This document shows positions 56,451-64,000 of a DNA stretch of 64,000 bases, in pieces. Origin of the DNA: Cyanidioschyzon merolae (lineage: Eukaryota); NCBI GenBank assembly GCA_000091205.1, contig AP006502.2. One strand, written 5' to 3'. Made by a program: the position numbers and the translations under genes. Below the pieces are notes generated by a model. That model was not told the origin of the DNA. It searched no databases and saw only the letters and a list, made by a program, of their open reading frames with translations. Numbering within the stretch: the stretch's first letter is position 1; every line of letters begins with the position of its first letter.

Positions 56451-57864
56451 GGAATAAGGAACTGACCTGAATTTTGCTTCTATCCTGCGTTATGTTCCGG
56501 AACTGATGGCACTTCAAGTCATTTCCATGCTACCGTCATTGTCCAAGTTATGGTGCCCGCTACTCTCCCGGATCCGGTGATCTCCGCAGAGGTAAAGCAC
56601 ACACATGTACCGTCCATACCTGCCATGACGTTTGAGCCTTGCGTCTCGCCTGGCACCATGGAGGCACCAGCACCACAGCGCCCCGTACGCGCTAGATCGC
56701 AACGAGTCTCTCGCGAAGCGCATTTTGCTGACACACCGGGGTTTCGATGGATCACGGATCCAAGTGCAGATCCCTCATGTGGCATGGAGGCATGGTCCAT
56801 GCATGCAGAGGAGTTATCCGTATGTCGTTGCGATTTGTGCGCTTCCACACAGGTGGCCCCAAGTATCGAACAGAAGCGTATGCAGAACGCTGCAGCACTG
56901 TCGTTGACAAGTATCGCTACAATATGGGGCCTTTAAAACCGTCAGGTACGCTGGCTTGTTTGCGTTTCTGTCGGACGAAGGTTGGTGACTTGGTTGTTAA
57001 AGAGGCAGCATGGCGTGAGCAGAGGCCGCGGTACTCGCGCAGGCACCATGACCTTCGGTTGGAGCCATAGGTGTGGGTCAGCGTCCCGAAAAGCGATCTG
57101 AAGAACAACGTCTGTGTTATGGGTCGAAAGCGGCTGCTTTTGTACACCACTGGGCGCAGCAAATAACGACACTTTAAGAACGATGCTCGCATCTCTGCAA
57201 CGGACCCGGTTTGAGGCGACTGCCCCTGCAGGCACACGATTCGCCACGCGGTTGCGCTTCTGATCGATGTTGTGCTCGATGAGCGTGGTCACGCATTGCG
57301 ACCGGTAAATAAGAGTATCTTTCCTTACGTTCAAGACTGGCATGCAACCGCGTTTGTGCTCACTAAATGTCTTATTCCAGAACCTAGTTGCACCTGTCGG
57401 AACAAGCATTTCGTTCAGTTGCTGGGGTGCGGCTGGTGCATCATTGTGGTTTGCAACGCGCTCTAGAAAGACGCGCTTCCGGTGCGCACTGCCGAGTGCC
57501 CGGCGGGTAGCGAACGAACGCAGCGTCTCTTATGAGTGACGAGAATCCGTGCGTAGCGCTGCTCGTTCCTCTCCGGACTGGAACGCTGGTGTCAAAGGCG
57601 GTGACTCGCAGACGGGAATCTAGTGCTCGTCGCAGGAACCGTTGTGGCACTAGACCGCACAGCTCCCATGACGCTGCTATACGCAAACACGCTGAAGGAG
57701 TCAGACGACGTTCCCTATGTCAAATTTTGCACCAGGACGCGTCCAGATGTTGCCACTACCGCATGTAGATTTCGAGCTCGTTAAAAAAAGAACCTTCTGG
57801 CCCTGCCAGCTTGGCGGATAGATCCCATTGCCAGATGCGTTCACCCGAATCCAAGCGAATGGAC

Positions 57865-58040
57865 GCGGCCATCGAAAAATGCATCACGTGATCGCACATC
57901 TCGACAGGTGAGCCACCTACCTATGCAGGCATTAGAAAATGCATCAAATAACGGTACTGATCGACAGGTGAGCAACCCACCCGCGCCTGCATCAGTATAC
58001 GCATCACGTCATCACACACGGTACCGGAGGTGAACCTTCG
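57865..58040. repeat. ~65-bp tandem repeat (about 2.5 units) 3' of sulfotransferase 2
   Basis: Repeated 'GAAAATGCATCA...ATCGACAGGTGAGCMACCYACC...GCMTSCATCAG' units. Confidence 0.6.
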
Positions 58041-58162
58041 GCGCGGTTAAGATTCCGCTCAGGTATTCCAGGCGAGACAGACGGGTACTCTAGCGAGATC
58101 GCTGTCAAAATCCTCAAGAACCGGACAGGGGGCATTATCATCCGAGCGCGGGTATCAGCGAC

Positions 58163-59236
58163 TCACGAGAGCGCGCCATCTGCATCCACCTCATCCGGCC
58201 ACAAGTCATAGCCGAAATTGATATAGTCTTCCGCGTATAGTCGCTGGATGCGCTTTGCTAGGTCCTCACTAACGTACGCCCGCAGCTTGGCATTCGCGGA
58301 TCGCGCATGTGCGGCCTGCTGACGATGCGCTGCGGCTCGTGCGTCTTGATCCTGGACCCAGCGGCGTCCGTCCTCGTCGAACATATCGATAAAAAGTTGT
58401 CTCAACGCGCTGCGATTCTCAACTTTCACGACGTAATCATACAATTGACGGGGTATAAAACGAAAAAGACAAAACCCCGACTGAGGTCGCCAGTGCTCAT
58501 CGACCCAGTCCCAGTTTTTCCGATACCGACGTGCAACGTCTTCCAAGATGCTTACAAAATGCTCAAACGATGTTACAGGTTGCCGCTGCAGTGGACGACG
58601 CCAAAGTTCCCTCTGGCCAACAATTTTATCCAAGTACGCTGATAGGAGGCGTGATAGAGGGTGTCGCACCACAGCAGCGTACCTCCAGTCCGGGTGCGTC
58701 AGAGCATAATGAACCTGGTCGTCTGAGAGTGACCCCAGCTGCAGCAGGAAGCGTTTGCTGACGGGATGAATATACGAGAAATTCTGCGCATCCGTCGGAT
58801 TGAGCTCAACGTTCAGCTGCTTGCGCAGGGCGAACGCCCGCAGGTTCGTGCACGCAGCCTTCGGAATACTACAGAGCAAGCGTTTCTCTTTCGGAAAAAC
58901 AATGACCCCAACGTAGCTGAGTTTCTGCTCCACTCGCCACTCTGGCTTCAGTTTGAGGCTGATGTTGTGCTTTCCGTTCACAAGACGTTCCGCTGCCGAC
59001 GGAGTTGCGGGCCCTATCGATCCCTGTCCGATAGTTGTGTCCGTTCTCTTTGGGAGCTGCTCAGATGAGAGTGGGCCCCACAGCGCGGAGCGTGAAGCAA
59101 TGTTGAACGCCGTTGACGCCACAGCCAGGCACCACAAAATGAAAAGCACTGTCAGCACCTGTCGCCAGCTCAGCCTCGAAGACATAAACAAACGTATACC
59201 CATTCGGCGACTGCGTACTAGCGAAACCCAGCTCAT
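58163..59236 (-). CDS. carbohydrate sulfotransferase-like protein 2 (Sulfotransfer_2 family)
   Basis: 357 aa, ATG = rc of 59234..59236. N-terminal TM 'VLTVLFILWCLAVAS'. 'CSIPKAACTNLRAF', 'AVVRHPLSRLLSAYLDK', 'DEHWRPQSGFCLFR'. About 50% identical to 52233..53243. Confidence 0.7.
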   Translation of the reverse strand: MSWVSLVRSRRMGIRLFMSSRLSWRQVLTVLFILWCLAVASTAFNIASRSALWGPLSSEQLPKRTDTTIGQGSIGPATPSAAERLVNGKHNISLKLKPEWRVEQKLSYVGVIVFPKEKRLLCSIPKAACTNLRAFALRKQLNVELNPTDAQNFSYIHPVSKRFLLQLGSLSDDQVHYALTHPDWRYAAVVRHPLSRLLSAYLDKIVGQRELWRRPLQRQPVTSFEHFVSILEDVARRYRKNWDWVDEHWRPQSGFCLFRFIPRQLYDYVVKVENRSALRQLFIDMFDEDGRRWVQDQDARAAAHRQQAAHARSANAKLRAYVSEDLAKRIQRLYAEDYINFGYDLWPDEVDADGALS

Positions 59237-61303
59237 ACTATAGTCGCTGGTCCCAGCTAGCGAGGTTTCCCTTCCAACCGTTCAACGCCGACGGAGCGTT
59301 TCAAAGGAGAAATAGACAATTTTGGTGGCGCTGCTGACAACTGCGCGCTGGCTCCGTGCCCTCAGTCGGTGGCCTGCGCAGCAGCGGGTGCTGTTCGATC
59401 GCGCTGCGATGGTGGCGGCGAGGCGGCGTCTGCCGCAGGCTGCAACGTTTGCCGTGGATGCATCCGGCTAACGTGCCAGAGCGGGTGACTGACGAGGTTT
59501 TTGTTGCTCACCAAGGAATATCGGTAAAAGTGACAGGGATCCGCTTTGTGTGTGACAGATGACAGTGATTCGTGGAGAAGCTGGGTTGCTTCCTCAAGTG
59601 CTTCGATAGGCCGGATCAGCCGCACCGCTTTTCGGATCGGGGTACAGAACTGCACTCCGTAAATTGGTCGTGTGGGTGTCAAGTCAGTCTGGGGTACGTT
59701 TCGTTGTAAGATCAATGGGCTTAAGCAGGTTGTCTTTGGGTGTGGACATACGATTGGAAACAAGGGAAAGCGTTTCAATCTACACGCAGACGCTTCTGTG
59801 TGCTTCTCAGTAGTCAGAGCCGTGTTTCGCTGAGGTGTAGCAGCTAGATCGATCGAGCGTTGCTTCGGATACCGAGCGTGCGTCCAGATGCTTGCCGGAG
59901 TCCTGGATACGACGCCGCTGCTGCCGATGCCGCGGTTGCTCCCTACACTCGTATCAGATAGAAAAAATGGAACACGGAGCTAGACGCTCTTTTCCCGCAT
60001 TTCGATTTCGTTTCGGGACTTTTTTTAGGCTTACCCTCCCGGAATTCGAATTGCCGCACTAAAGATTGTAGAGTCGTAGATGGTTTCGGGATTCTCGGTC
60101 GTGGCGATTGAGAGGATCGCTGAACGCTGTACTGCTGGTATTTGTGACGTCACCGGAATCAAGATGATTCGCTATGCACTCGAAGACGGATTCGTAAAAT
60201 AACCGACATCATTATCCAGTGCTTACGGACGAGCCCCCGCTCTTCTATTCTTCTTACGTATCGCATGGTAAAACCTCTTATTCTTCAAGTTGTCGATATT
60301 TCGTTTTCAAGGCAACCCATGGGTGCAGCAACTCGTGCCACGGGATTGAGGCGGACATGCACTCCAACTCGTCCCTTGAAGACGTCTTCTCCACATGACC
60401 ATGCCGGCATTTCACTGAACTTTTCTCGCTAAATGATCGATTTCGTTCAAACCAGAAATGCATCTCCGGTTCAGGCCACCGACGAAGCGGCATGCAACAG
60501 CAGCATGGTACCTCTGAGATAATACGCTGCCGAGACACCGCCATCACTTTTGTAAACATGGAAGAGACTTCTAGAATCGAAATTTAGCCATCGCATCGAT
60601 CGCTTCCAGTTCAGATTGCTTCTGCTTCTTGCATAAGAGCGGCGTCGACAGATAGAAATTTCTCGACATGATCTCCAGCTTGGATTGCCCTTTTGGTAAT
60701 TGTTTCACCATGGAAAACGCTGCGTTTCAAGAATGGTCTATCGAACAGAGCAGTGTGCGCTTGTGCATGTAGTGAACAGCGTACTCGCCGCGAGATCGCC
60801 CAGAAGAAGCACATGATCCGAAGGGCATCATACCGTGCTCAAAAGTGAGATGCGCATCGAGGCGGGCCTTCTGTATGCGTCAAGGGCAGGTATCGAGCGA
60901 TGATGCAAGCGTTCACGCCCCACATGTTGGTTCTCGGAGTTCGGCATACAGCGGATACATAGGAGCATGTGACCATATTCAAGTATCGCTGCCGCGAAAC
61001 GCGCACCGAAGCTGTATACAAAGAAAATTCGTAGACCGCAACTTCCACCTGGGCATGATATGTGTCGGCAACCGCCGCAAGCAGCGAAACGGCCGGGACA
61101 GGAAAGATCAGCTTACGTAAAGCCGGAGATAACAGAGAGGCAAAGAAAATAGTCACAAAACCTGTCCAGAAAGGCTGGCGTTGATGGCAATGAGAACAGC
61201 GTCCCAAAACTGTATTGTGTACGCCCGTAATCGTGGACTCGTTCCATGGTAGTCTTCTGGGGATGTAGCGACGACAGCAGCGTCAAAGAAATGTCGCACC
61301 GCT

Positions 61304-63309
61304 TCACGCGCAATGTCCGACGATCATGAGAGGTAAATGAATATCCACTCGCAGACGCCTCCCAGTCTTTCTCGACCGGCCTGCTTCTGTCGGTTTCAGC
61401 ATCTCCCTATACATTTCGACGCTGAAAGGCTGTCCAGCAAAGTTGGCTCGCGTCTGCTCCGCGGGTCTCTTCTTCAGCACCGCGCATCTTCGGATACTGA
61501 TAGCAGCGATAAGGTCTCGGCTCACAGACTCCATGCGTTTCTTGCCGCCGCCTGTACACGGCAATGCGAATAGGCCTCGAACTTTCGCCCTCCTTCCCAT
61601 TTGCTCTTCCGTCAACGCTCCGTACTTTCTTACATCCTCGGGGATCCGCTGACGCTTTTCCATCTCGACCCTCTGAAGTGTACACATCAGCTCGTGGTAC
61701 ACGTAGGACGTTCGGAACTCATCTGTAGGTATCGTGACGAAACGCCGTGCGCTCTCCTTGTACGCTCGTGTCGACGGAGCTGGCGTAGTCCCTTTTTTCG
61801 ACGCCCAGCGCTCTGCCCCGTATGCAACACGAGCCTTTGACTCTCGTCCTCTTTGAGGGCGTTCAGCTCGTTGGAAAAGTTGGCGAATGCACGCTGCTTC
61901 CCACAAAAGAAGCTGATACGCAGACGAGCCCAACGGGGCTTTGTGTACTCTTTCCACAGCGCCTCGTACTGAGAAACGCGAACTTTCACGAATTCCCGAA
62001 AAGCTCGAACGTCCGCCCGACGGCTCGTCACCTGGCTGATCGCTGCTAGGTGTTCTTTGACTCCTGAGTTCCACTTCTCACTCTGTATCCTTGGATTCCT
62101 TACCCAGACTCTCGGTAGCACCCAGCGCTTGAGAACCTCAAAAGACACATGCCTTTCTGACGTAAGTTACCTTCAATGCCGTTTCCCCCGCGTTCGAGTG
62201 CTGCGATGGTCACGGTATCCGTGTTCTCGGGGTCCGCGCCAACGACAAAATCGTTGCTCTGCACCTGCTGTGCCGCAGGGCCCGCCTCCTTTTCTCCACG
62301 CTTCGTCAAAATCGACAACAAAAACGGAATAGGACGATCCGCCTTCAACTGCCGATCGTGCACATACATGGCTACTCCATCGGTTTCGATGACGCCTGTG
62401 AATACCTTTTGCTTGCTCGCATGGAAACGTTTGAAATCGAAGATATTCATCCAGTATGTCTCCCGATTTTCGGCGTTGAACTCTATGTTCCTTACATCGG
62501 ACTCTGGACAGACCTCCTTCATGATGCCGTCAACGGCTGTGGAGTCGATAGTCACGAAATGTGATCTGATGTTGCACATTGGAACCACGTTGAAGCGCGT
62601 CCCCAGAAGCGCCGCCTTCCCTCTCTCTTACTCTTCATTTCTCCCTCACCCAGCTCCTTTTCGGCCTTGCGTTCGAGTTCTCAGTCCAAAAACACGAAAT
62701 AGCGCAGGATGAGGTGATAGTATCTTTCCTTATCTTTTTTCGTATGTGCAACCTTTTTGCTGGGTTGACAAGCCCCAAGACTGCACGGTGCTCTTGTAGA
62801 GCAGCACGGATTCCAGAAGCTTCGTTGTTTCTCCTGCGTGATGTCTTCTTGTCGACGAATTCGATCTCATCTTCACGCTGGCGATGGTTCGTGACGTCAT
62901 TGATGAAGGCCCGTATCCATCTACTAGACAGGTCCGGGTAGAGTGCAAACACGGCGCGTATCATGGAGCGTTCGATGCTCATGGTCAAGTGGTTCTTCAG
63001 GTTCGTGAAGGACTTTTTCGCATCGTAGGTGTAAATATCCGCCTCAGCCTCGTACCGTCTACAGCTGAAGCGATATTCGGCGTAATTCTAGTGGAGAACG
63101 TGCACTCGCTCGTCTCTCCTCGTCGTTCTCCCTGTTCCAAGCATCAGGTTGCTGATATATATCATATGGAAAAATTCCTCCGGAATCTCGACTATTTCCA
63201 TGTGCGTCAGGTCGTCGTGCATCTCGTTCACCAAATGGATTCGTTCTGACGAGGCCTTTATATTACTCATGGAGCACGAGTCGACACGGTTTCTGATGGC
63301 CTCTCGCAA
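61304..63309 (-). pseudogene. degenerate TnpB-like / Fanzor-type nuclease gene (copy 3), frameshifted; RuvC-III Asp/Asn replaced
   Basis: See above. The frame A to frame B junction is in frame here, separated only by one TAG, which shows the ancestral ORF was continuous across that point. Confidence 0.5.
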
Positions 63310-64000
63310 CTTTTCCTTTTACGGATCCATGACATGTTTAAGAAGGTAGGCTTTCGCCACCGTCCAGTCGTACTGTTGTCTTTCCCGCAGCCTTTTCTGC
63401 GTGGGGCCTCCTGCCTTTGCTTCCTTGTCCTCTACTGTTCCTCTAGACTCGGCACTGCTTTTTGTCTTTTCCGGCAGCTGGCAACAGCGGTCCTTAAGGA
63501 TCCTCTATTTGCATCCCCATAACTTTTTTTATTTTTGAAAACGAACGCACTTTGAACGGATCTGATATGAACCGCGAAAAATCACTTGAATAAACTGAAC
63601 TGAGGCTTGAAACACGATTGGATTGAAAGCGCACACTTTGCTATGACTTCAATGCAAATACAACTTGTACTTTAGAGCAACAAGCTAATGATCAGAATTG
63701 CATTTCTCTTCAACTGCGAGATACGAATCGTGTCTCATTCCTGCCAGATTTAGAGGTGCGCGGATCGACCGGGCTTTAGAAAAAAGAACAGATACGAACC
63801 ACTAGCTAGGAAACACAAGTTCTTTGGCAATCTACGGTAAACGTTTCAAGGGGAAAAGGTGTCCACATTGTCGGAAGTTTACCTTCTACGCGGAAAGTGC
63901 CGCAAGCCGGACGAGTCTGCACGTCTTGCGCTTCATGCTCCCTCCAGTGTTGGGTGGTGTTGTAAGATATGAGCTGCTCTTGTGCAATCCGGTTTATTCT
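61400..64000 (-). mobile_element. Fanzor/TnpB-like element, copy 3 (diverged; 5' part runs off the window)
   Basis: ORFs 61304..62074 (…RMESVSRDLIAAISIRRCAVLKKRP, degenerate RuvC-III), 61687..62148, 62100..588 (…FVVGADPENT, RuvC-I, single repeat unit), 62635..62988 and 63088..63309 are homologous to copy-1 frames C, B and A. The 5' non-coding region 63530-64000 is ~80-85% similar to copy 1 31748-32210. Confidence 0.55.

Noticed and set aside
1-64000. Prokaryotic-style systems (CRISPR arrays, operons, toxin-antitoxin pairs)
   Set aside because: The gene set is eukaryotic (NTF2, RPB8, RING-H2, Nrap, Twinkle) and coding microsatellites are present. The tandem repeats found are not spacer-interspersed short palindromic arrays.
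1-64000. tRNA or rRNA genes
   Set aside because: I scanned for GGTTCGAATCC-type T-loop boxes and rRNA-like conserved blocks on both strands and found none.

Overview
This is a GC-rich (~57%), microsatellite-rich eukaryotic nuclear segment with densely packed host genes that are apparently intronless single ORFs. The ORF track calls 'M' at GTG/TTG as well as ATG, so I re-anchored starts to ATG where I could.

Host genes I can support from motifs:
- histidinol-phosphate aminotransferase, 7167..8471 +
- a CofD/YvcK (UPF0052) family protein, 11089..12528 -
- an alpha/beta hydrolase, 13652..14941 +
- a RING-H2 protein, 16355..17542 +
- a 1005-aa WD40 protein, 20618..23635 +
- acetoacetyl-CoA synthetase, 27213..29561 -
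- NTF2, 41486..41881 +
- RNA polymerase subunit RPB8, 42929..43399 -
- a Twinkle-type primase-helicase, 45358..47826 -
- an Nrap/NOL6-like protein, 48560..51712 +
- two paralogous Golgi-type carbohydrate sulfotransferases, 52233..53243 - and 58163..59236 -

The main non-host content is a family of three ~2.9-3 kb elements: copy 1 at ~31650-34582 (+), copy 2 at 53457-~56450 (-), and copy 3 at ~61400-end (-), which is diverged and cut by the window edge. Each encodes a TnpB-like / Fanzor-type RuvC nuclease (RuvC-I 'VVGADPGNT', RuvC-III 'NRDFNAAINI') with a basic NLS-like N-terminus. Copies 1 and 2 share an identical 3' boundary ('...GCGGAGGCATCTGCAC') and an internal 3x tandem duplication. Their ORFs are interrupted at the same places: a frame change at an A-homopolymer and a shared in-frame TAA.

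Separately, two 1.26-kb arms that are ~98-99% identical (24821-26092 and 38214-39474) sit in inverted orientation and bracket a 12-kb segment. That segment carries AACS, Fanzor copy 1, a small K/A-rich HMG-like ORF and a hypothetical gene.

I found no rRNA, tRNA or CRISPR array.
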